A stretch of 64,000 nucleotides of DNA from Utricularia gibba (taxonomy: Eukaryota; Plantae; Magnoliophyta): positions 4,650,001 through 4,714,000 of the forward strand of contig CM007990.1 in NCBI GenBank assembly GCA_002189035.1, in the 5' to 3' direction. Of the stretch, positions 11,233-22,333 are shown piece after piece (the first letter of the stretch is position 1; each line of letters opens with the position of its first letter). Position numbers and translations under genes: made by a program. The notes under the pieces were generated by a model. It saw only the letters and a program-made list of their open reading frames with translations, was not told the origin of the DNA and did no database searches.

Positions 11233-13625
11233 ATGAATCAGTGTCGCTGCAACTTGAGGGTAGCTTTTGCTGCTCGCCGTTGCTCGCGACCAGGAAGAAG
11301 AAGAAGAAGGGCCCGCCAAAACTCGGTATCCGCCGCTGCCGAGGCTGAGTATTCTTCAGATGGTGTAAATTTGAGGGTTTGCTATTCAGCGGATTTTGAG
11401 GAGAGGTATGGCAGTAGTTCAGAGACATTTCGAACTAAAGAAAGAAGATTTCTGTGATTTTCATGGTGATACAGGAACTTAGTTGGAAATAGCATTGATT
11501 ATGGTAATTTCTCTGACATGGCCAACCATGGCATTTTGAGGAGCAGCAGCTTACAGAAGAAGGAAATGGAAAAGAATGAAGCAGCAGTTTGTTCTGAGCT
11601 TAGATATGGGAAGCATGCTAATACAGAGCATTTTGGAGTGGTTTTGGGAGATGAACTGGCTGGTGCTACGGGATTCAATGGCAAGACTACGAGGATAAAA
11701 AGAAGGAGGGGAAGAAAAAATGGGGATGGCAGTAAAAGGTGTGATAGGAAAACTGTTACGAAAACCAACAAGAACGATATTACGGTATCCCCATATTTTG
11801 CGAGGATTGGTGGGATTAATGATGCAGTTGACTCTCAGTTTAGTGAGAAGTTTGGAGCAGTTCCTCATGAAATCACTGGAACCAGAGATGAGGATACTGG
11901 GAATGCGTGTCTAAAGAGCGGAAACCTGGATGATGGAAAGCGTTTACCTGGTGATTATAACAAGAGGAGGCGACAAAGGCGAGGTAAAAGAGTAGTGCCT
12001 ACTACTTCACCTTACTTTAAGAAAGAATGCACAACGCATAAAGATGAAAACTGTGCGTCTAACGAGAGCAACAGAATCAGTGCAAAAACCATTTTGATAG
12101 GAAGAGGGGAGAAAATTGGCAAAAGGAGAAGGAATACCAGAAGAGAACTTGGATTGGGAAGCCATGGGAAGGAGAAATTAAACAACAGCGTTGCGGATCT
12201 TTCAGATGTAAATCTAGAACTGGGAGACCATGCTCTTCCAATATTGGGAAAGAAGGATTCTAATAGTTTATCAGAGGGGATGCCATTTTCCTTAGACCGT
12301 ATGCTGTCAAGATTTTTATATCAAGAAAAATGTAGGCTGAGTGATGCCTATACTAGTTCGTCCGTTCTTTGTAACTCTTGTTATCCGAATTCTGAAGGTG
12401 GTGCACAAGAGACCATCAAGAAAACAGCATCTGAAGTTGGGACTCCCTCAGGAACGATTGATGCTGTTCAGAAACCCGTTACCCCTGATAGCATCCTTGA
12501 GATTGCCAAAATTCAAAAGAAACTAGTGCCGAAAAAGGGTCATGGAAGAGCAGTTAAAAAAAGATTGGTTCTTTCACCTCTTGCTGCTAATTCAAATGTT
12601 CAAGAAGCGAACCAGTCTACAGAAGGAGCATTTGATGCAAAAAAACTGCGGACATGGGAGGTTTCTCCTTATTTTGACAGTACGCAGGGCAAGGCTGAAA
12701 GTGAAGATGCCATTTCTTCATGCAGTGTTATATCTGAGTTTCCTTCTCGAAAGAATAAAAGAAGAAAATCTTGCAAGCCCATTTTAACTTATGCTCAGAA
12801 GCGAGATGAGGCTTATGAAAGAAAAACACTGGATAACACTTGGCAGCCTCCTCGATCACCTTTTAACCTCCTCCAAGAAGATCATGCTTTCGATCCTTGG
12901 AGGGTTTTAGTCATATGCATGCTACTTAATCAGACATCTGGCCGGCAGGTCAGTACCCTCTCTATATACTATGCGTACTGCACTTTAGCCGGACTTTGAT
13001 TTCATGTCTTGAATTTAACTTGGATGAGTTAAGATAAAAGTACAACTTATTCCCATCCATGAGATTCTTAAGGATGAGTGATATTGCCTCGTGGATACCC
13101 GAATCTTGCATTTTAAACCATGCTCACAATAACTTGGTAAAAAACCGCAGGCTGGGAGAATATTGTCCAAACTTTTTCAGTTATGTCCTACAGCCCAGGC
13201 GGCTACAGAGGTTGCTGAAGAAGACATCGAGGAGGTGATTCACAGCTTGGGTCTTTACAAGAAGAGAGCTAAGGGAATTCGGCAATTCTCCAAAGAATAT
13301 TTAAGTGATAGTTGGACTCATGTAACGGAACTCACTGGCGTTGGCAAGTATGCTCAGCCTGAAGGCACAGCCTTGTGATTTTCTCTTCTTATACTAAAAA
13401 ATCATGCCTTTATCGCGCTTACCAATGGCTTTTCTGATGGAGGTGCGTAGTGATTGCTCTGTATTGATTCCGGTTTGGCTTTACAGGTATGCTGCGGATG
13501 CATATGCCATATTTTGTACAGGAAAGTGGCAAGGAGTCAGACCGGTGGATCACATGCTTGTAAAATACTGGGAATTTCTTTCTGCTAACTTTGCACAAGG
13601 CCTGAGCCCCGAAGATCCATCCTAG
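11233..13625 (+). CDS. MBD4L: MBD4-like (HhH-GPD) DNA glycosylase; core exons 11518-12948, 13151-13347, 13487-13625, plus a possible upstream exon 11233-11405
   Basis: Motifs VSPYF (repeated), [52 protein letters not shown] and [14 protein letters not shown]...[11 protein letters not shown]. Start site (11233 or 11518) is uncertain. Confidence 0.93.
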
Positions 13626-14206
13626 CGATAGTGGAACTTCCATCAACTCTGTACCACTTTGAAAACTCCCTCCTTTGGTTATGTAAATATGAGTCTGCAT
13701 CTGTCGGTTAACTTAAAAACTGATTTTGACATATGGGTGAATCGGTTTTTGGATCTTCTGCAACACTCAGCACTGCAGCAGTTCTTTCTACCGTGTGAAT
13801 CGGTGATTATATTTTGTATGGTACCCGCGTGAAAGTAACTGCCGTATTGCAGCGATTTTTGTCACGTTTTTCTTAGGGTTTCTCGTCGATCAATTTATGG
13901 TCCAAACGCCACCCTTGTAGCTTTATTATCTATTGTTTTCGTCGAAGCTGGTATTACTTTTTGTGTTCACAAATCTTTTCCAGGTTGGAAAAGTCTATGA
14001 ATCTGGTTGTTTTCAACCCCACGGAAAGCCGGAAGGGTATCTTCCCCCACGCGTTCGTCTTCCTCATTCGCTTTTGTGATTTTCCTTTGCCAACTGTTCT
14101 CTTCTTCCGGAATTCCATTTCCTCAATCTGTAGACTTCCTACGAAGTAGGAGCTGCTGGGTTCTTGTTTATCGGGGGCTTCTTTGAAGCCCCCTGATTTT
14201 GATTTA

Positions 14207-17187
14207 ATGGTTTTGCAGTCCTCGTTCAATGCTTCACCCATTAGCTGTGATTTCTCGCGGAGGCAGAGAAGTTTGTTTCTTTCCGCGTCTCCGGCATCTA
14301 TTTTCAGTTCATGTCCCTGCGCTAATGTTACCCCTTTTCGTGAGCTATGCCGCAGGCGGAAGGTGAAAGATGTAGTGAAAAATGTGGGATGGGTTCTGTT
14401 CCAGACCCAAGCGTGCATCAATGGGGGGAGCCCGGGACAGAATTTCAATGTCGCCTCTCATGGGGTGGCCAAAAACATAGTCTTGAAGCGATTTTTGGAT
14501 GAAGAAGGGCTTGTTTGTACCTCTTCCCCAGGAAGTGTAGATTCTGGTGTTGTGAACTATTATAGAACCGATTTTGGCGATGACCCTATTATACATAAGC
14601 TGAGGAATCAGCTTGGGGTTATCCATCCTCTTCCCGCTCCTCCGATGAGTCGAAATGCTCTCGGCCTTTTTGCGTTTCTATTCTTTGTGGGTGGTGTTGT
14701 TTTTGATAAGCTCTGGACACCGACAAGAACGAGCTCAGGTAATGATAGGCCATATGCACCAACTAGTCTGCCTTTCTTTCTTGAGAAGGATTTGCAAAGG
14801 AAAGAATCTGTTGAATGGGTGAACATGGTATTAGCGAAGCTGTGGAAAGTCTACAGAAGTGGAATTGAGAATTGGATCATTGGGCTGCTGCAACCTGTGA
14901 TTGACAATATCCAGAAGCCGGATTATGTGCAAAGGGTCCAGATTAAGCAGTTTTCCTTGGGGATGAACCCTTGTCTGTCAGGAGTGTTGAGCGTAGAACT
15001 TCACGCCGTGTGAACGATTTGCAGTAAGTGCATCGACCTCGAATATGGGCTATTTTTTTGTAGTAGATTACCATCTAGGCCTACTGATGCAGCTTCTAGT
15101 TTTGTGTTTCCGTTTGATCTTTTTCCTTGGATAAAATTGTGATTTTCCTTATGTTGCACATAGGTATCAGATAAGTCTACGCTACACCGGTGATGCACGG
15201 ATGCTTCTACTTTTGTCTCTGAAATTCAGTGTATTTCCCATAGTTGTGCCAGTTGGTATTCGAGACTTCGATATTGATGGGGAGTTGTGGGTGAAATTAC
15301 GACTAATAGCAATGGAACCATGGGTGGGAGCTGTTTCATGGGCGTTTGTTTCTCTTCCGAAGATAAAGTTTGAGTTATCACCTTTTCGCTTATTCAATCT
15401 AATGGGTATGCCGCTTTTAACCTTATGTTATTTTCGTTCTTTCTCAATTACGAGATGTTTGTATGTCTTACTTCGGGCACACCTTATCCATAAACTTGAA
15501 AACCGGATTTCAAACGCCCCATCCCTTCATGCATTATGATGTTAGATATGCTTTTTTTTTTCTGCATACCTATTGCAAGGAACCAAATTTCTGATACTTT
15601 GCTCTCTTTCATGTCTTTTTGGTGCAATGGAAACTTCCAGCCATACCAGTTCTGTCAATGTAAGTTACTAGTTTCAGAAGTGATTTTTAATTATTGCACA
15701 GAGATGCTCCAATCTCATTCTCACTCATTTATGGTATAATCTTGCTGGATGAGGTTCTCTTTTTTTTTAGCAGCGTCCTGAGCTTAGCTTGATCATTTCC
15801 AGGTTTCTTAAAAAGCTTCTTACTGAGGATTTGCCCAAGCTATTTGTGCGCCCCAAGAAGATTGTTCTTGATTTTCAGAAGGGAAAAGCTGTTAGGCCTA
15901 TTCCAGATGATCCAAAATCTGGTGTTATGCAAGAAGGAAATGGAAACTATACTGGGGAGTTGTCAGTGACTCTTCTTGATGCAAGAAAACTCTCATATCT
16001 ATTTTACGGTATGATAGACCTTGTATCTCTAGAGCATGTATAATTTCTGCTCACAATTGCCTGTTCTAATTCACATTGAATTTCATAACACTTCCCTTTC
16101 TGTGATACTGCAGGGAAAACAGATCCCTATGTCATTTTAACCGTGGGCAAACAAGTAATACGAAGTAAAAGGAACAGCCAAACTACCGTTATTGGACCAC
16201 CAGGAGAGCCAATCTGGAATCAGGTTCGATTCTATGCTTTGCTGATCTGTGTTGCTTGATGAGTTGATTTAATGGAACGAACCCTGGGTCTGGTGATCAT
16301 GCTCTTAACATTTCTGACTTGCAGGATTTCCACCTTTTAGTTGCTGATCCTCGGAAAGAAAAGCTACACGTTGAAGTAAGGGATTGTGTGGGATTTATGG
16401 ACTTGACTGTTGGTGTTGGCGAGGTAAAATGCTATATTTTATTACTCAGAGGTTTTAGCCATCTGCATCTCATCTCCTGCAATGTCTCAAAAGAAGCATT
16501 TCTACTCATAAGACAGGACAATTATTCCTTTTTTTTTAATTGCACCATCAGGTGGATCTTGCATCTCTAAAGGATACAGTCCCAACAGAAAGGGTAGTAT
16601 CACTTCGAGGTGGATGGGATCTCTTTGGAAATGGCTCCGCCGGGGAAATCGTTCTGTGTTTAACATACAAAGCTTATGTTGAAGATGAAGAGGACGAAAG
16701 GCTTGAGAAAGTATCCATAGATACTGAGATGTCTGAAGATGAACTCTCAGATTCTGAAGAATCCTACGCCACAAGTACCCCAACGCCCACAAAGCAATAT
16801 GGTGCTGCTGTCTCGAGGGAGGAATCACTTGTCGAGGTTTTGGCGGCATTGCTAATGAGTGAAGAGTTTCGAGGTATAATGACATCCGATACAGCTGAAA
16901 ATAACAAGTCTTCAGACAAAACAACCAAAAAAATCTCACCACAACCATATGCACCTGAGAGTCAGGCTGGAAAGCAGACCACATCCAGCAGCTTTGCTAA
17001 TCCTCAAGGTATGTTGCCTAACCTTTTCACAAATGGCTCCCTCATCCTCTTCTATGTTTGCTTATTTCCAAGTCAAGAATGCTGCTACTGATTTGCAGGG
17101 TTAGCTTTGTTCTGGCTTGCTGTTGCGACGAGCATGTCGATTATCGCAGCTCTGAACATCGATCACTCCAACTTGTTCAATCCATAG
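14207..17187 (+). CDS. NTMC2T5: NTMC2 type 5 / tricalbin-3-like SMP plus C2 domain protein with a transit-peptide-like N-terminus
   Basis: TM segment, then SMP domain (RKESVEWVNMVLAKLWKVYR...KQFSLG/DEPLSVRSVERR), C2 domain (ELSVTLLDARKL...KTDPYVIL...PGEPIWNQDF) and a C-terminal TM ending NLFNP*. 1-nt G-run deletion at 14959-14962. Confidence 0.9.
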
Positions 17188-17596
17188 CGTCGTCTCAAGT
17201 GTCCATCATGTCTTTCCTACGCCTTCCCATTGCGCCGTCAAGTCCTCCAGAGGCCCTCTGGGGTCGCCGGTCCGGTCATGTGTAACAAACTACATGGAGC
17301 GGTCCGTTGTGTCGCTTCACAGAGAAAATGTTGTGTATATTCCGGCGGCTTTCGTTATGCTCCAGCTTCCGGCACGGACGGCTTTTGGGAACTTGTAGTC
17401 TGTAAATTTGTGTGTTTTTTTAGATAAAAAATAATTTTTTATTCTTAAGATAAAGATAACGGGCCAAACTCCTTGAAAGATCTGTTCTTGGAATTGGGCG
17501 AAGATTCGCAGCCCAGTAGGGGGTGACGGATGAATATGAATCGGATTCTGCAAGAACTTTCAGAATGTTGTGAGATTTCGTTACGGTGAGGGAGGC

Positions 17597-18790
17597 ATGG
17601 CTATGAATCCTCAGCTCTTCCCGAATGGGATGCCTGTGCCGTTTGTGAGTGAGATGTTTGTTTTGGCAAGGGATGGCGTTGAATTCGAGATCGACAAGAT
17701 TCCTGGGTTGGCTTCCTACCCACTTCACGATTTCACAGTATTTTTCTGATGATCGATTTGGTTGGATTGAAAGGAGGGTTGATCGTGTTGCTAGATTTTC
17801 TTCTTTTCATCTGGCCCCTGATCGGTAGTTTTCTTCTTTTCAATGCCCAGCTCCCTGGGTGGAAACGTCAAAGCGAGAGGAACAATTTTCTTGTCAAACG
17901 TTCGCATGGTCTTCGTAGCCAAAGTACCCGTTGGAAACCTTTTTGCCTTTGATATGCCCTTGGTACGGATTTTGTTCTGTTTATTTCCTTATCCCCAAGT
18001 CTGGCCCATTTCTCTTGTTCATTCGCTATGTCTAAGCATGGTTTGAAGTCTGGTTTGTTTCATTTCTTTATTTCCTAATCTCCAAGTCTGCCCTTTTTTC
18101 CTTCATTAGTTTTCCCAGCATGAGAACTTTTGATTATTCAGTTTGAAGTCATGGTTTGTTTCAGTTCTTTGCACGAATTTTGGATATATCTCAGTTACTT
18201 TGATCGGCTGAAACGTTCTGCTCTGCTGTACTGCAGCTCTATGTTCATGGTGAGAAGTTCAACCAGCCAATATTCCACTGCAACAACATCTCGGGGCGGG
18301 TGGATCCTGTATGTGCAATAAGCAAATGCATTTTAACTGTTCCTTAGTAGTGTGGATCCCTGAAGCTTCCTGCCATTGTGTTTTATGTATTCTCGACATT
18401 CCAGGTCGTGCCGGAGAATGATCATAGCGCTCTATATTCAACTCAGTCCTTCAAGATATTGTTCAAGGAAGGGGGTTGTGGAACATTTATCCCACTTTTC
18501 TTCAACATGGTTGCTTCTGTTCGGCGGTGTAATCAACATGCTGCCCCTGCAACACAGCCTTGTTCAGATCCTCTCCAAGCCTCACAAACACCTGTTGATG
18601 AAATGATGAGAAATGCGTATGTATTCATCTTTCTCATTTTCTCATGCTCCAGCTTCTGATATCTTCACCTTTTACTTGCAGGTATGTTGACCCCAATGAC
18701 CCTACGAGAATCTTCTTGCAGCAGCCGAATTCCGAGTCTCAGTTAAGGCGTCGCACATACCATTCGAGCAACACTGAAAACCCACAGTGA
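17597..18790 (+). CDS. WBP2/GRAM(PH)-like small protein (UPF0664 type); exons 17597-17706, 17851-17962, 18237-18308, 18405-18616, 18682-18790
   Basis: MAMNPQLFPNGMPVPFVSEMFVLARDGVEFEIDKIP, GTIFLSNVRMVFVA, KILFKEGGCGTFIPLF and YVDPNDPTRIFLQQP, all joined in frame by canonical splice sites. Confidence 0.88.
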
Positions 18791-18990
18791 GTTGGTGACT
18801 CCTACCATTTCTGCACATTCTGCTCTGGTATTGTACAATGTGACTTGTCTTTTTAATCTTGTTCAAATATAATATATTATTCCTGTATTGATGAGATGGA
18901 TCCGAAAGCAAAGCAAAGCCATAGACACATTTTAGTGAACTCACCACACACTGCACACAAAACAACACAACCACAGAAAGCACACAAACC

Positions 18991-20430
18991 TCAAGAGCTG
19001 GACTGGACATACGACAAGACAGTGTATACAGTCTGAACAATGGTGAGCACAAAGAGCAAAACAGCAGCCAGCACTGAAAGAATTGCCCATGGATTAGTGA
19101 AGTATGTGTGCATAAGGTTTGCCCTCCACTGGTTCCATGGTTTCTGGCAATAAGCATGTACCTTTTTGTGAACCTCATCGAGGGTGCTCTCCGGATCCAG
19201 AGTGATGTCCTTTGAAATAGAATTGAACAGATTAGCTACTGCCTTGTCACTGCCTAACGCATTCTGTATGATCCCACATGAATGCAGCAGGCTAACATCC
19301 CTTGCACTGTCAATGATGTTGTCCATGAAGAAGATGTAGGCCGTCACCTCGTTGCCTGCCCCAACATGGAACCGTTCAAATGCAATCAGATTGAGGTACA
19401 GCGACTCCAGAGCATCATCCACCACCACCAGTGGGAGCCGGAGAACTCCAGCATGGAAGGATATGTCTTTAAGGCTTCTTGTTCTGCTCTTCACTATGCG
19501 TATGCCTGCCTCGTTGAGCTCTGTAGCTGACCGGATAATCTCGTCCCCGCCTTTGTGGACACCATGACTCTCGCCCTTCTTGCGGCGCTTCTTGTCATGG
19601 GAGCCCTCCTGGAGAAGGCTCTTCCTATGTACATCCAGTATGTGCAAGCACTTGTCAAATTGGTGGATGCTCTTTGGGGAGATTCCTTGTGAAAAGAACT
19701 TGAGGATGAGTCTAATCAGATCCTTTCCTTTCTGCAAAGGATGTTCCATCAGCTTAGAAAACCTTATCTGGGATCGAATAAGCTCATACAATTTTCTTTT
19801 TTTTTACCTTGATTTCAGATCCCTTTTCAACAGACACCAGCTTCTCGAGGACCAACATGGGGATCTGATTTTCGAGCATCAACATGTCTCGCTTCAGATA
19901 GGGGACGATGTACAGCTTCCCATGGCTGCTGAAGATTGGATCATTGGATGCATAGTATGCATCCCAGGATTCAGCATGATGGCCCTCCCCTCTCCCTCAT
20001 CACCATGAAGAGTCGTCGTGGTTCGCAGCACTTCCAGTATGAAGCAGCCGTCCATGATCATCATCTCCAAGAATTCGTCAGTGGCTGCATCCCATTTGGG
20101 GTCGAGGCGATCGTACGCCTCCTTGAGATCCTGCACGATCGGAGACAAGGCGTCGACGAAGCTCGATAAGGGCTTCCCTGCTCTCTTCAGGAAGTGAAGC
20201 AGCGCCCGATGCTTGTGCTCCTCCATCGGCAGTAAATACTCCACGCCATGGTGGTACGGCCCGAAGGACACTATCTGCGGCTTGTAAGCTCTCTTGTGAA
20301 GCTCTGTGACGGAAACGGGAATCCGGTAAATGGATCGCTTGCTCCAATGCACCGATTGTGAAGAAGTGTCTGGTAAGTTGCTCAGCTCGTTCTGGATGTT
20401 GATCAGCCATTGCTGCTTCTCCTCCTCCAT
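18991..20430 (-). CDS. DUF247 / UPF0481 membrane-anchored protein; exons ~20430-19809 and 19731-18991 (upstream in-frame ATG at 20496 possible)
   Basis: DUF247 motifs SIYRIP...AYKPQIVSFGPYHHG, MMIMDGCFILE, DMLMLENQIP, SATELNEAGI, NLIAFER and YFTNPWAILS with a C-terminal TM. 1-nt deletion near 19987-19990. Confidence 0.92.
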
Positions 20431-21910
20431 TCTCCAGGAGACAACCTCTCTCTCTCTTCCCTCAATAAATGCACTGGTCTTCATCCCTTGCCCCATGGTG
20501 AAGCAACCGAGAAGATGATCCATTTCCTTTGTTCTGTTGTTATTCCCTGAATCACAGCTTGCATTTTTCAGTTTTCGCAGGGAAGAAACATGCACTCCTT
20601 CCTTCCGTACAGTAATCAGCCATGGACCACAAGGTGCCCAAATTTACCATGATTTTATATTTATTTTATTTATATTTTAAATGAATAATTTGAATTTTGA
20701 ATCACTTGTTTTTGCTCAATGCTTTTCAGTGGTAATTTTATGCGATCAAAATGAATAATCAATTTATCAAAATTGAATTTTGAAACCATTATGGAGTTTA
20801 TGTGATGGGTTAATCGGCTACTTAAAAGGATCCAAAATGTATTCTGATGTAGTTCGATAAATCGATATGTGTTAGAGTATGTCATTAGTAACTGTTTTGA
20901 ACAGTTTGAAAAGTAGTCAAATTACGGTAATAATAAAAAAGATGGTGGTTATCCGAAAGTAGGATCACAATACGTATAGCAGATGCAAAAAACAATCGAT
21001 ATTTATATAATTCAGGATTCGGTCAGACTAAACTCTTCTATAAATATGAAAAACTTTAAAAAAAAGAAAAGATTGAAACCTCAAGTACTCTAATTTGTAT
21101 TTTCTTTCTATCTCCATCTAATGAAATCATTTTTGTGTGAGTTCCAACAGTTCTATGATTTTTTCGTTTTTCGACGGTTTTCACGTTAAAATCTCTATCC
21201 ATCTTTATTTATGTTGATCATAATGCACCATAAAGTACATTATTACCTTAATAGGATATGTCGCTCCTGGCCATATCCCTCACCCTAAAATCTTGTTTTC
21301 CTTTTATCCCGATTTCTAATCACAACATTATGTTTCATGCTTTAAAAATTGTACTTAATATTATATAAAATAGATTCAGTTTTAAGATCATGATAATAAA
21401 ATCTGAGACTATAAAATTATTTTATGATATGATATAAAATCATATTATGTACTTTAATATTTTAAATTATATATTGTAAAATTTAATAAATAAAATTTAT
21501 TATATAAGTTAATATAACTATATATGTATTGTTGAAGTATATAAAAAATGAATGATTTAATTTTTTTAAGTTAGTCATTAAAACATAAATTTAAAAAATT
21601 TAATAATTTTTAAAGTTAATTTTATACTTTACTTTGAATTTCTTATTTTACTATAAAACAGGTAAACATTAGAATTTAAAGAAATTAAATCAAATCACTT
21701 CAAGAAATTAATAAAATAGAACATATACTTAATCGATATTTTATATTCAATTGATTAATTGGAAATGAATTTATATTTTTATTACAACATGTAAATTAAA
21801 AAAATTAAAAAAAATTAAAAAATAATAGATATAGTCGATCAAATTCGAATTTAATGAATTAAATTAACAAAAATCAACCGACTGAAGTAATCAGACGGAA
21901 GGGGTTCCTC

Positions 21911-22058
21911 TTTTGGGCGGGAACTCGGGGGTTTTGGCGGCAAAATTGACCAGCGTAACACGTGTCGGATAATCATTGGCAGAGCATGTGTGCCTGTTGG
22001 GCATGATGGTATGTCATATGGGCATGCCATGGATGGATGGTGTGGTTTCCCGCGCCAA
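21911..22058. promoter_or_regulatory. Cluster of E2F-binding sites upstream of RBR
   Basis: GGCGGGAA at 21916-21923, overlapping inverted TTTTGGCGGCAAAA at 21932-21945, and TTTCCCGC(GCCAA) at 22046-22058. All fit the E2F consensus TTTSSCGS or its core. Confidence 0.7.
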
Positions 22059-22333
22059 GGGTGGAGGAAGGGTTTTATTGTCCTGTTCGCAGAATGGCAG
22101 AGCTCGTGGCCTAGACAACAAGCTTCACTTGTCTTTCCATTTCTACGCTTCGTTCTTCCATTGAGGCACGGGGATTGGGAGCGATTCACCCTCGGTAGCG
22201 TTTCCTACAGCTTGTCGGGATTCTCTTCGATTGTGGGCTATCAGCTGAGATTCTGTTCTTTCTCTTATCGTGGAATCCGGAGTCTTTTGCGTTGCTGGTG
22301 ACCTCAGTCGTGTGGATCAGATATCTGGTGCTC

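Noticed and set aside
20640-21860. AT-rich intergenic blocks (also ~40300-41700, 45100-45720, 56150-56600, 59540-61000) as transposons
   Set aside because: No TIR/TSD, LTR, PBS/PPT or transposase/RT frames were detectable by eye. They may hold decayed MITEs, but this cannot be supported.
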